A stretch of DNA of 64,000 nucleotides from Candidatus Aenigmatarchaeota archaeon (GCA_021163145.1 JAGGXH010000064.1:2197-66196), one strand, 5' to 3'; counted from the first letter of the stretch, positions 30,223 to 40,504 are shown. Notes: generated from the sequence alone by a model not told the origin. Translations and numbers: made by a program.

Positions 30223-30651
30223 TCATTTTCTCACCTTTAATGCATACTTTAATGCTTTTTTATGATTATTAAAAGTTAGCAGTCTTAAAGCTTCTTCTGA
30301 ACTTACCCACTTATATTCTGTGTGTTCATATCTATCTATTTTAACATTTTCATTTGGAAGTTCAACTATAAATAATCTGTTTTCTCCACCATAATACTTA
30401 TATCCATCTTTTATAAAAGACCTTGGCCATTTATATTTAAACATATATTTTGTTCTTTTTAACTTAAATTTATTATGACCAGTTTCTTCTTTTATTTCTC
30501 TTTTTGCAGCATCTATTATTCTTTCTCCTTTTTTAACACCACCTTTCATTAATTCCCATCCTCTCCAATTTCTATATCTGTGGAATATTAATACTTTGTC
30601 TTTATGAAATATTGCTGCACACACATATTTTCTATATTTTGACTGATCCAT
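30223..30651 (-). CDS. NUDIX hydrolase
   Basis: Nudix box GGVKKGERIIDAAKREIKEETG. Confidence 0.75.
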   Translation of the reverse strand: MDQSKYRKYVCAAIFHKDKVLIFHRYRNWRGWELMKGGVKKGERIIDAAKREIKEETGHNKFKLKRTKYMFKYKWPRSFIKDGYKYYGGENRLFIVELPNENVKIDRYEHTEYKWVSSEEALRLLTFNNHKKALKYALKVRK

Positions 30652-30688
30652 AAACAGTTTAATACTATAAATAATATATAAATTTTGT

Positions 30689-31030
30689 ATGAAAATAATG
30701 TTAGATACAAGCTTTTTGATAACAGCATTAAAGTATAAAATAGATATAATATCAGAGTTAAGAGGTCATCAATTATATACAAATACTAATGTTATTAGAG
30801 AATTAGAAGGCTTATCTAAAGGTAAGGGAAAAAATGCTATGTTTGCAAGGATAGCCTTAGAACGAACTAAAAAATTTAAAATATTAACCCCTAAAATAAA
30901 AGATACTGATAAGTCACTTGTCAATTATTCAAAAAATGCCTATATTATAGCTACCCAAGACATGAAACTTAAAAAACAGCTTAAAAAATCTATTTATATT
31001 AGACAAAAGAAATATTTAGTGATGCCATGA
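30689..31030 (+). CDS. PIN-domain protein, Fcf1-like
   Basis: MLDTSFLI N-terminal Asp; YIIATQDMKLKKQL C-terminal acidic motif. Confidence 0.5.
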   Translation: MKIMLDTSFLITALKYKIDIISELRGHQLYTNTNVIRELEGLSKGKGKNAMFARIALERTKKFKILTPKIKDTDKSLVNYSKNAYIIATQDMKLKKQLKKSIYIRQKKYLVMP

Positions 31031-31485
31031 ATATAGATAATCTTTATGTGCTTATTGAAAATTTAAAAGGTTCAAAGCACCTTTACAAATATAAAGAGGA
31101 AATTGATAAGCTTATATTAGTTAAAAAGATAAAAGAACCATTTCCTGCTGCATATGGACATATACCACGAACTCATATTGATGCAGAAGCATTGGATGTA
31201 GTTGTGCTTTCATCAGAACCATTAGAAAGAGGAACACTTGTATCTATAAGAATTTTAGGTGCTATGAGACTTGAAGGAAAAATAACTGATTATATTATAA
31301 TATCAGTTGTAAATGATGATCTTAAAAACATAGAAGATATAAATGATTTATCACAAAAAGAATTTAATGATATAAAGAACTTTTTTGAAACCTTTAAAAA
31401 CCTTAAATACAAGAAATGTTTTAATGTTAGAGAAGCAAAAAAGATAATAAAAAACTCGATGGAGTTATATGAGAGGGTTGTTTAA
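31027..31485 (+). CDS. ppa: inorganic pyrophosphatase (family I)
   Basis: AAYGHIPRT...DAEALDVVVLS...GAMRLEG matches YPxNYGxIP/DGDPLDVLVL/pattern. Confidence 0.6.
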   Translation: MNIDNLYVLIENLKGSKHLYKYKEEIDKLILVKKIKEPFPAAYGHIPRTHIDAEALDVVVLSSEPLERGTLVSIRILGAMRLEGKITDYIIISVVNDDLKNIEDINDLSQKEFNDIKNFFETFKNLKYKKCFNVREAKKIIKNSMELYERVV

Positions 31486-32049
31486 ATGTATCAGATTGTA
31501 ACAATTGAAGATACCATTGCTGTGCCTCCAGAAAAATTTGGTGATAATCTTAAAAAATCAATTTCAGAATCAATTTCAGAAAAATTTGAAGGAAATATCA
31601 ACAATGAAATAGGTATAATACTATCTGTAGTTGATATTATTGAAGTAGGTGAAGGAATAGTATTACCAGGAGATCCTTCAATACACTATTCAGTAAAATT
31701 TAGTTTACTTACATGGATGCCAAAATTACAAGAAATTGTAGAAGGTTTAATTGTTGATATAACTGAGTTTGGTGCATTTGTAAGAGTTGGTGGATTTGAT
31801 GGTTTAATACATATTTCACAAGTTATGGATGATTTTGTTAGCTATGATGATAAAAATTCACAATTAGTTGGAAAGCAAACTCACAATATCTTAAAAGAAG
31901 GAGATAAAGTAAGAGCAAGAATAATTTCAATAAGTTTTAAAGAACAATCTAAATTAGGATTAACAATGAGGCAGCCATTTTTAGGAAGCTTTAAATGGTT
32001 ATCAAAGCCAGCTGAAGTAAAAAAATCTAAAAAATCAAAGAAAAAGTGA
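31486..32049 (+). CDS. rpoE: DNA-directed RNA polymerase subunit E' (Rpo7)
   Basis: N-terminal Rpb7 fold plus S1 domain (EGLIVDITEFGAFVRVGGFDGLIHISQ). Confidence 0.85.
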   Translation: MYQIVTIEDTIAVPPEKFGDNLKKSISESISEKFEGNINNEIGIILSVVDIIEVGEGIVLPGDPSIHYSVKFSLLTWMPKLQEIVEGLIVDITEFGAFVRVGGFDGLIHISQVMDDFVSYDDKNSQLVGKQTHNILKEGDKVRARIISISFKEQSKLGLTMRQPFLGSFKWLSKPAEVKKSKKSKKK

Positions 32050-32055
32050 TGAAAC

Positions 32056-32241
32056 ATGGCAACTGAAAAAGCATGTAAAATATGTAGAAGATTAGTTACT
32101 GGAAATACTTGTCCAGCATGTAAAACAAGTGATTTGAGCAAGAATTGGAAAGGTATTTTAGTAATTTTAGATTCTGATTCTGAGATTGCGAAAAAAGCAG
32201 GTATATTAGCACCAGGAAGATATGCGGTGAAGGTAAAATGA
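32056..32241 (+). CDS. spt4: transcription elongation factor Spt4 (RpoE'')
   Basis: CKICRRLVTGNTCPACKT zinc ribbon; conserved position after rpoE. Confidence 0.8.
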   Translation: MATEKACKICRRLVTGNTCPACKTSDLSKNWKGILVILDSDSEIAKKAGILAPGRYAVKVK

Positions 32242-32582
32242 ATATGGAAATATTGAATGAAAAGGAAAACAAATTGCTAAAAAGAAAAGAATATTTAATT
32301 TATGTTAAATATGAAAGTGCAACACCAAGTAAAGAACAAATGCAAGAATTAATTTCAAAATTCTTAAATGTTAATAAAGATAATATTGAAATCCATAAAA
32401 TTATTTCTGAGATAGGAAAATGTGCTGGTAAAGTATGGGCAAGAGTATGGGAAGATAAGACATTTTCATATGGAAAACCTAAGAAAGAAGAATCTAAAGA
32501 AGAAGCAGCAACTGAAGAAAAAACTTCAGAAGAAGCTTCTCAAGAACAACAGAAAAGCGAAGAAACTAAAGAGGGAGAATAA
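32238..32582 (+). CDS. rps24e: 30S ribosomal protein S24e
   Basis: N-terminal NPLLKRKE-like motif; conserved operon position; acidic C-tail. Confidence 0.8.
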   Translation: MNMEILNEKENKLLKRKEYLIYVKYESATPSKEQMQELISKFLNVNKDNIEIHKIISEIGKCAGKVWARVWEDKTFSYGKPKKEESKEEAATEEKTSEEASQEQQKSEETKEGE

Positions 32583-32791
32583 TGGGTAAGAAAAGAAAGC
32601 AAAAAGTAAGAAAAGGAAAAAAGAAACCATCAAAATCAAAGCATAGAGTTAATAAATTATGGCAATTGTTTAAAGATAATAAAAAACCAAGATCATGTCC
32701 TAGATGTGGTCCAGGGTTTTTCATGGCAAAGCACAAAGATAGATATACTTGTGGAAAATGCGGTTATTCAGAAAAACAAGTTAAAAAATAA
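32582..32791 (+). CDS. rps27ae: 30S ribosomal protein S27ae
   Basis: [24 protein letters not shown] zinc ribbon. Confidence 0.85.
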   Translation: MGKKRKQKVRKGKKKPSKSKHRVNKLWQLFKDNKKPRSCPRCGPGFFMAKHKDRYTCGKCGYSEKQVKK

Positions 32792-32930
32792 AATTTATTT
32801 AAATTTTGAAAGATAGGTTCTTTTTATGATATGCTTAGGTATAGAATCAGGTTGTTCTCACTTGAACTTATTTTTAGCGTTCACTTACGCTGTTTAGAAG
32901 TGGAACTCGGTAGGTTAATAAAAATTTAGA

Positions 32931-33356
32931 GTGATGGTAGTTATTTACAAAAATGCAAAAACTTATAAATCCAAACAAATAATTAATTTCATGGCAGGTA
33001 TGAAAATAATAATACCACTTGCTTTGATATTTTCAGTAGTTCTTATTAGTGGCTGTATTCAGAGTCAAGAGACACAACAAACTCAATTTAAAGTATTTGA
33101 TCAAGCATTAAACGAAGTTGGTACATTTAATTCTGATGTTACTATTCCTTTAGACGATAGTGAAGCTTGTGAAGTCGCTAAAGATGCTGCTCAAGTTTAT
33201 GGTCAAACATCTTTTAAGGACTGTGATGAAATACAAAGGATAGAAAATATCGAAATTAATGTAATAGATAGTACTTCTATTGATGATTATACCTATGCAG
33301 AGATAGCAAAAATTGATGAAAACTTGAAGACAGTTACATTCTATAGTTCGCCTTAA
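32931..33356 (+). CDS. small secreted lipoprotein-like protein
   Basis: Signal peptide with ISGC (LALIFSVVLISGCIQSQ). Confidence 0.4.
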   Translation: MMVVIYKNAKTYKSKQIINFMAGMKIIIPLALIFSVVLISGCIQSQETQQTQFKVFDQALNEVGTFNSDVTIPLDDSEACEVAKDAAQVYGQTSFKDCDEIQRIENIEINVIDSTSIDDYTYAEIAKIDENLKTVTFYSSP

Positions 33357-33550
33357 TATTATTTCTCCAACATTCTCCTAATCCTCTCTTCAATCTCAGG
33401 AACATATTTATAGAAAGCTGGCCTGAAATGTGGTCTTGGACCATTTTGATTGTTCCAGACTCTAAAAAATAATGGCTCAACTGAACCGTTATTTTCATCA
33501 CTCATTCAAGATAAGAAAGATTTAAGTTGCTTGAGAAACAATAGATAGAT

Positions 33551-34828
33551 ATGAATACAAAGGGAAAATATATGCAACAAAAATCTGTAAAATTTGCTAA
33601 TGATTTTCTAAATAATTATAGTCATTATAAATTAGATTTTATTAATGATTTTTATGGCATAGAGCCTATTGATAAGGATTTAGAAGATTTCAAAAACTTT
33701 TTCAAAGTTATGCAGTTGAAGGCAAAAGCATTGTCGCTTAAAATTATATCTAAAAAAACTGGCCTATCCAAGTCTTCTATTGGAAAGTGGGTATTTAACA
33801 TAAGTATACCACCAATAATCCAACTTCTCAATTATCACAATAAACTAACAAAAAAATGTAATAAGAAATGGTTATCTATTAACTCTACAAGAGGCGGAAA
33901 ATTAATTGGACAATGGATAGCTGTTCCTGAAACAATTGATAATTATCAAACTATAGTGAATTTTCTAGAACAGATAAAACCATTACAAATTGCATATGAA
34001 AGAGCTAAAAAATTTAAGATAAACTTAGAAAAACAAAGAACATTACTATTTGCTTATTTACTAGGCATAATGTTGGGTGATGCGAGTAAACATGGTATTA
34101 AGAGAAGAAACAGAACTTCAAGGCGTGTACAATTGGCATTAACAGGAGCACATAAATCAAATGAGAGAATTGGTAACTTTACATCTCTATGTGCAAATTC
34201 AATAGGATTAAGAATGAATAGAATTAAAGATATGCCAGCTGGTAAAATGAACATTAAACCATTTTATAGATGGAGTTCACAGTCTTCTTTGTTAGTTCAA
34301 TGGATATTTGATGTTTGTATGGGGCTTAACAATGATCAGACAACAACATATGATAATGTTAAAATGGGCTGGCTACTAAAGATGCCTAAACAATTTAAAA
34401 TATGGTTTTTACAAGGTTTAGCAGACTCTGATGGTTATGTAGATTTCAATTCTTTTCAAGTTGGAATAATCTCTCAACCTAATACTGATTTAATTAAGAA
34501 GATTATTGAAAGTTTTGGAGTCAAATGTTCCATAAAAATTTTCAGAGAAAACAATTTAGAAGCAGTTATTGTTTCTGTTGAAGATGCATATAAATTGCAA
34601 TTATTTAACCCAATTGTAAAGAGTTACAGATATTTTGAAATGCAACGTCTTGCTACAGCAAAAAAATTATCTTGGCATATGTCAGAGGATTTAAATCTTA
34701 AAATCGTAGAATTATTGCAATCAGGATTAGATGGAACTAAATTAATTCGGAAACTCATACAAGCAGAAAATATAAGAGTAAGACCAAATGTTATAAGAAG
34801 AATAAAGAGGGTGAACAAAATTGAATAA
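33551..34828 (+). CDS. LAGLIDADG homing endonuclease-like protein with N-terminal HTH (free-standing)
   Basis: HTH-like LKIISKKTGLSKSSIGKWV; LAGLIDADG motifs LLGIMLGDASKHG and FLQGLADSDGYV; ends 17 nt before the Kae1 N-terminal remnant. Confidence 0.6.
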   Translation: MNTKGKYMQQKSVKFANDFLNNYSHYKLDFINDFYGIEPIDKDLEDFKNFFKVMQLKAKALSLKIISKKTGLSKSSIGKWVFNISIPPIIQLLNYHNKLTKKCNKKWLSINSTRGGKLIGQWIAVPETIDNYQTIVNFLEQIKPLQIAYERAKKFKINLEKQRTLLFAYLLGIMLGDASKHGIKRRNRTSRRVQLALTGAHKSNERIGNFTSLCANSIGLRMNRIKDMPAGKMNIKPFYRWSSQSSLLVQWIFDVCMGLNNDQTTTYDNVKMGWLLKMPKQFKIWFLQGLADSDGYVDFNSFQVGIISQPNTDLIKKIIESFGVKCSIKIFRENNLEAVIVSVEDAYKLQLFNPIVKSYRYFEMQRLATAKKLSWHMSEDLNLKIVELLQSGLDGTKLIRKLIQAENIRVRPNVIRRIKRVNKIE

Positions 34829-35829
34829 AAATAATATAAATAAAATTTGTCTTGGTATCGAGAGTACCGCACAATATATTTAGCGGAAATACTCTTGGTA
34901 TAGGAATAGTAAGAGGTGATAAAGTTCTAGCTAATATTAATAATATGTATAGACCTGAAGAAGGTGGGATACACCCAAGACAAGCAATGGATCATCATAT
35001 TAATGTAGCTAAAAAATTATTACAAGATGTTCTAGAAGAAGCAAAAATATCTATAAATGATATAGATTTAATTGCATTTTCAAAAGGTCCTGGATTACCA
35101 CAATGTCTAAGAGTAGGTTCAGTAATTGCAAGAACTTTATCATTAAAATTAAATAAGCCACTAATACCAGTTAATCATTGTATTGCACATATTGAAATTG
35201 GAAAACTCTTAACAGGATCAAGTGATCCAGTTACATTATATGTATCTGGTGGAAATACACAAATTATTGCTTATACAGAAAAGAGATATAGAGTATTTGG
35301 AGAAACACAAGATTTGCCAATTGGAAATGCTTTAGATATGTTTGCAAGACATGCTGGTTTTCCACACCCAGGAGCACCTGAAATAGAAAAATTAGCATTA
35401 AAGGGAAAATATATTAAAATGCCTTATGTTGTAAAAGGAATGGATGTTTCTTTTTCAGGAATAATAACACATGCAATAAAATTAATGAAAGACCATAAAT
35501 TAGAAAATATTTGTTATTCATTGCAAGAAACTTGTTTTGCAATGCTAACTGAAGTTACTGAAAGAGCAATGGCACATACTAATAAAAATGAAGTATTATT
35601 AACAGGTGGTGTTGCAGCTAATAAAAGATTAACTAGTATGCTAGATACTATGTGTAAGCAAAGAAATGCCAAATTATATGTTTGCCCAATGAAATATTCT
35701 GGTGATAATGGTGCTATGATTGCATGGACAGGTTTGCTACAATATAAAAATGGATATAAAACTACTTTGGATAATACTAAAATAGATAGATATTGGAGAA
35801 CAGAAGATGTTGAAATAAATTGGTTATAG
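34821..35829 (+). CDS. kae1: Kae1/TsaD tRNA t6A synthase, N-terminus disrupted by an apparent frameshift (listed ORF 34852..35829 lacks the GxEGTA motif, which lies upstream in another frame)
   Basis: Main ORF: HPRQAMDHH, DLIAFSKGPGL, PVNHCIAHIEIGK; upstream frame (34845..34883) encodes ICLGIESTAQYI* = Kae1 N-terminal motif, while the main frame resumes with NTLGIGIV; 16 nt (34872..34887) separate the two in-frame pieces. Confidence 0.8.
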
Positions 35830-36113
35830 ATAAGGTGAATTATAAGATGGATCATCAAATATTTTATATGCTAGTGCTGTAAGACTAGTAAAACCAAGTA
35901 CAGCACCAGTAGCAGCAAATTTTACATAACGACCATAATCACTAATAATTATCTAATGTCTCATTTGTTGATATATCATATAAAATTGAGCCAAGCATCC
36001 CTCCCATACCAGCTCCAAAAAGACCACCTGTGACTAAAGACATTGTTAAAATATCTAATTTAAGTTTGTATTTCATATTATTAGTATAAAACAAAAATAT
36101 TTAAATACATTTT

Positions 36114-37556
36114 TTAATAAGTAATAGCTATATAAACCTTTTCAACAGCTTTTTTATTACAAATAGCACATCTTGCTTTAATTTTTTCTTGTTTTCCAAA
36201 TAAAGTACCACAAACTTCTGCTCCTGTTTGTTTTTCAATTTTTTCAGCACATTTCTCATTACCACAAAAGTCAATTCTTGCAAACCCACCTTTTTTCATA
36301 ATCTCTTTAATTTCATCAATGTTCTTTGCATCTTCAATTGTTAGATATTCTCTTGCTCTTTTCAATAATTGGAATCCTATTGAATCCATTATTTCTAATA
36401 ATTGTTCTTGTAATTTATCTTCAGGAACAGTTATTCTTTCTAGAAAATCTCTTCTAACAATAGTAACTTCTCCTTTTTCAATATCTCTTGGTCCAATTTC
36501 AATTCTAATAGGAACACCTTTTAATTCCCATTCATGGAATTTATATCCAGGTGTATATTGTAATCTATCATCTAGATCAACTCTAAATCCTTTTTCTGCT
36601 AATGATCCTAGTAGTTCACCAGCTTTTTTCATTACTACAGCATTTACTTGTGCAGTATAAATTGGAACAATTACTATTTGTACTGGTGCAATTGCAGGTG
36701 GTAATATTAATCCTTTATCATCGCCATGAATAGCAATTATTGCACCTAAAATTCTTGATATACCTGGACCAAAGCATGTTTGATAAACATATTTTTTCTT
36801 ACCATCTTTATCAGTATATTTAATATTAAATGCTTTTGCAAATCTTTGTCCTAAATCATGAGTAGTTCCTATTTGTAGTGTTTTTCCATCAGGAGTTATT
36901 GTTTGAAATGCATATGTATCATCTGCACCTGGGAACTTATCCCATTCTGGTTTTTTAATTAAAATAAATGGTATGCAACAAGCTTTTTCAACAATCTTTC
37001 TAAATATTTCCATATCTTCTTTTACTTGTTCTAATGCTTCTTGCTTTGATTTAAATGCATTGTGAGCTTCAAACCATCTAAATTCTCTTGGTCGTATTAA
37101 TGGTCTTGTCATTTTAGTTTCATATCTATAAACTCTACCTTGCTGATAAAATTTCATTGGTAATTGTAAATGAGATCTTAACCATATAGAATACAATGGA
37201 TACATTGCTGTTTCAGATGTAGGTCTTAATGCTAATCTTTCATCTAATTTGTTTTTTCCAGCATGTGTTATCCAAAAAACTTCTGTTCCAAATCCTTTAA
37301 TATGCTTTTCCTCTGTTATTAAATTACTTTCTGGAATTATGTTTGGAAACATTAATGGCTTATGACCACTTGATTCTAATTCAGCTATGAACAAATTATC
37401 TATCTCTCTTATTGTTCTTACTGCAGTTGGCATATAAACATCAAATCCTTTTGTTTTAAATCTGATATCTACTACTTCTGCTTTTTTAATTACTTCTAAA
37501 TACCATTTCCAAAAATCTTCTTTTTTCTTTATAGTTAAACCAAGCTCTTCTGACAT
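36114..37556 (-). CDS. proS: prolyl-tRNA synthetase (archaeal/eukaryotic type)
   Basis: Class II motifs, anticodon-binding domain, C-terminal zinc-binding CGNEKCAEKIEKQTGAEVCG...CAICNKK. Confidence 0.9.
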   Translation of the reverse strand: MSEELGLTIKKKEDFWKWYLEVIKKAEVVDIRFKTKGFDVYMPTAVRTIREIDNLFIAELESSGHKPLMFPNIIPESNLITEEKHIKGFGTEVFWITHAGKNKLDERLALRPTSETAMYPLYSIWLRSHLQLPMKFYQQGRVYRYETKMTRPLIRPREFRWFEAHNAFKSKQEALEQVKEDMEIFRKIVEKACCIPFILIKKPEWDKFPGADDTYAFQTITPDGKTLQIGTTHDLGQRFAKAFNIKYTDKDGKKKYVYQTCFGPGISRILGAIIAIHGDDKGLILPPAIAPVQIVIVPIYTAQVNAVVMKKAGELLGSLAEKGFRVDLDDRLQYTPGYKFHEWELKGVPIRIEIGPRDIEKGEVTIVRRDFLERITVPEDKLQEQLLEIMDSIGFQLLKRAREYLTIEDAKNIDEIKEIMKKGGFARIDFCGNEKCAEKIEKQTGAEVCGTLFGKQEKIKARCAICNKKAVEKVYIAITY

Positions 37557-37632
37557 AAGAAATACTTGATATTTTTATTATTTATAGATTATAGCAAGTT
37601 AAAATAAAAGAAAAATGGTGTCTTTATGACAC

Positions 37633-37767
37633 CTATTCTTCATCTTCTTCATTTTCATCTTCAAAAATGTCATCATCTTCAGAAGGACCTTTTTCTTCTT
37701 CCTCTTCTTCATCAAGATCTTCTTCTGGAAATTCATCTTCAGTTATTGGTTCTTCTTCAAATGCCAT
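37633..37767 (-). CDS. small highly acidic protein (44 aa), not in the supplied ORF track
   Basis: MAFEEEPITEDEFPEEDLDEEEEEKGPSEDDDIFEDENEEDEE* read from the DNA between aCPSF1 and proS, same strand. Confidence 0.3.
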   Translation of the reverse strand: MAFEEEPITEDEFPEEDLDEEEEEEKGPSEDDDIFEDENEEDEE

Positions 37768-37897
37768 ATAATGACACCCCCTGATAACCAACTTAATTAC
37801 AGTAAAATCATGAAGTATTTAAAGCTTTATTTTACTCGATTATAATATAAAAATCAATAGAAAACTTTAAATATTAGAAAATATCATAAATTAGGGC

Positions 37898-39790
37898 TTA
37901 TTTAAACCTTAATGTTTCTAATAATCTAGGTGCATATGTTTCACATCTAATTGTTTTATGCACATTTCTTGCAAAATCGATACATTTTGCAGCTTCTCCA
38001 TGTACAGTAATAACTCTTTCAGGTCTTTGTTTTAATCTCTTTAAATAATTTATTAATTGCTTAACATCAGAGTGTCCAGACAATCCTTCAATTGTTTTTA
38101 TTTGACATTTTATTGGAACAGAAACAGTTTTACCATTTATTTGCATAGGAACTTCTTTCCATCCTTTTTGTATTCTTCTACCTAAAGATCCTTCTGCCTG
38201 ATAACCAATAAAGCATAAAGTGCTATTAGGATCTTCAGCTATTTGTTGTAACCACCAAACAGATGGTCCACCTACTAACATACCAGATGTTGCAATTACA
38301 ACACATGGTTCTTTTGATTGAATTATTTTTTCTCTTTCTTTCAAAGAACCAATTCTCTTAAACATAGGATTAATAAATGGATTATCATCTTGTTGCAATA
38401 TTCTATTTCTTAAGTTTTTGTTAAAATATTCTGGATATGCAGTATGTATTGCAGTTGCATCCCATACCATACCATCTAAATATACATTTCCTTTAAATCC
38501 CATTTTTTCTAATATAACCATTACATCTTGTGATCTTTCAACTGCAAATGATGGGAATAAGCATATTCCTCCTCTTTCATATGTTGATTTTGCAATTTCA
38601 AATAATTGTTTCTCAGATTCATCTCTTCTTGGTTGGATATCTTCTTTATGACCATATGTTGATTCACATATTACTGTTTCAGCTCTTGTAAAGTTTAATG
38701 ATGCAGGGTCAAATAAAGCAGTTCTATCAAATTTTATATCACCTGTATATAAGACATTGTGTAAACCATTTCCAATGTGTAAATGACAAATGCTTCCACC
38801 CAATATATGACCAGAATTTATTAAAGTCAATCTAATATCAGGAGTAATATCTGAAACTTCATTATAATCCAAGCAAATAGTATGTTTAATTGCTTGTTTA
38901 ATGTCTTTTGTTTCAAATGGTGGATCTCTACCTTCTTTTTGTGCTAATTTCATATAATCCATCCATAATAACACCATTAAATCTCTTGTAGGTGTTGTGC
39001 AATATAGTGGCACTTTACAACCAATTTTATAAAGAATAGGCACAGCTGCACAATGATCCATATGACTATGAGATATTATTATTGCATTTAATGAATTTAT
39101 ATCAAATTCAGGAACATCTAAATAAGGAAATTCATTTGTAGATGGCTTTATACCACAATCTAACAAAACTTTAGATTCAGGAGTTTGTAATAATATACAA
39201 GATCTTCCAACTTCTCTTGCACCACCTAAAAATGTTGCTCTGACCCATTTTGTTTCTTTCCATCCACTATGAATTGCTCTACCTACTTTATCTAAGAAGT
39301 TTTTCCTCCATTCAGATTCTTTGTATAAAATTTCTCTTAATACCTTTATAATATCTGAAGGTATTGCTGGTGATCTTTTTATTAATGGTGACCATAAAGT
39401 TTTTCTCTTTATTTCTTGCAATAATTCTCCTTTTTTTCCAATTACTAATCCAGGCTTATCTGCTTCTATAATAACTCTTCCAAATGCAGGTTCAAATGAT
39501 ATATTTTGCAACCCAGCTTCTTTTGGAATAATTTTCTTAAGAATTTTTTCTGCATCAGACATATCTAGGCATATTGATGGATCTGGCCTTACTTTTATTC
39601 TTTTTTTAAATTCATTTACTAGTGATTTTATAAGATCTGAATTGTTTAAGAAAAAATCTTTTGATTTTGTATATAATACTATTTCACAACCTTCAAATTT
39701 TATATCAGATATCTTACTACCTCTAGGAATATGTTTTTTAATTTTATCAAATAATTCAGTTGTTCTTTCTTCTACCATTCTAAAACACAT
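37898..39790 (-). CDS. aCPSF1 beta-CASP/KH ribonuclease (archaeal CPSF73 homolog)
   Basis: Two N-terminal KH domains, metallo-beta-lactamase HSHMDHCAA, beta-CASP and C-terminal motifs; 630 aa. Confidence 0.85.
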   Translation of the reverse strand: MCFRMVEERTTELFDKIKKHIPRGSKISDIKFEGCEIVLYTKSKDFFLNNSDLIKSLVNEFKKRIKVRPDPSICLDMSDAEKILKKIIPKEAGLQNISFEPAFGRVIIEADKPGLVIGKKGELLQEIKRKTLWSPLIKRSPAIPSDIIKVLREILYKESEWRKNFLDKVGRAIHSGWKETKWVRATFLGGAREVGRSCILLQTPESKVLLDCGIKPSTNEFPYLDVPEFDINSLNAIIISHSHMDHCAAVPILYKIGCKVPLYCTTPTRDLMVLLWMDYMKLAQKEGRDPPFETKDIKQAIKHTICLDYNEVSDITPDIRLTLINSGHILGGSICHLHIGNGLHNVLYTGDIKFDRTALFDPASLNFTRAETVICESTYGHKEDIQPRRDESEKQLFEIAKSTYERGGICLFPSFAVERSQDVMVILEKMGFKGNVYLDGMVWDATAIHTAYPEYFNKNLRNRILQQDDNPFINPMFKRIGSLKEREKIIQSKEPCVVIATSGMLVGGPSVWWLQQIAEDPNSTLCFIGYQAEGSLGRRIQKGWKEVPMQINGKTVSVPIKCQIKTIEGLSGHSDVKQLINYLKRLKQRPERVITVHGEAAKCIDFARNVHKTIRCETYAPRLLETLRFK

Positions 39791-39817
39791 TTTAATTTAA
39801 CTAAAAACTTAGAACAA

Positions 39818-40423
39818 TTATTTCAATGGTTCAGGTGGTAACAATCTAAACCCATTTTTATCAATAACAGCAATTTCAATTTCTTTTCCTCCAGAAGCAA
39901 TATCTCTTTCAACTGCTGCTTTTATTGCTCTTTTTACTAATTCAACTCCTTGCTCAACTGACATGTTTGGCTTATATTGATCTTCTAATACACCATATAC
40001 AAATGGTGATCCAGAACCAGTTGAGTGGAAGCTTTCTCTTTCATCAAATGCTCCTAAAGGATCAAATGAATAAACATGAGGCTTATTATCATAACCAGCT
40101 AAAATAAATTGATTTAAATAAGGAAAATACTTGCTTCCATGTAAAATATTTGATAATAATGTAGCAGCTGCTTTTAATGTTATTGGTCCTCTTTCTAATT
40201 TATATAATTTAAATTGTGCTCTTAATATTCTAACTATTGCTAATGCATCTGCAGCTGTTCCTGCAATTGTCATTCCGATATGATCATCTAGTTGGAATAA
40301 TTTTTGTGATCTTTTAGATGCAACCATATATCCCATAGATGCTTTTTGATCTGTTGCAATTATTACAGCATCTTTTACAAGTATTCCAACTGTAGTTGTT
40401 CCTGTTTTTTTGTTTTCACTCAT
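39818..40423 (-). CDS. psmB: proteasome subunit beta
   Basis: Propeptide then TTTVGILVKD active-site Thr. Confidence 0.9.
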   Translation of the reverse strand: MSENKKTGTTTVGILVKDAVIIATDQKASMGYMVASKRSQKLFQLDDHIGMTIAGTAADALAIVRILRAQFKLYKLERGPITLKAAATLLSNILHGSKYFPYLNQFILAGYDNKPHVYSFDPLGAFDERESFHSTGSGSPFVYGVLEDQYKPNMSVEQGVELVKRAIKAAVERDIASGGKEIEIAVIDKNGFRLLPPEPLK

Positions 40424-40504
40424 TATTTCACCAGAATTAATATCTAATATGAGTTATTAATTATAATTTATAAAGGTTATGGTTATTATATATTATAAAT
40501 AACC

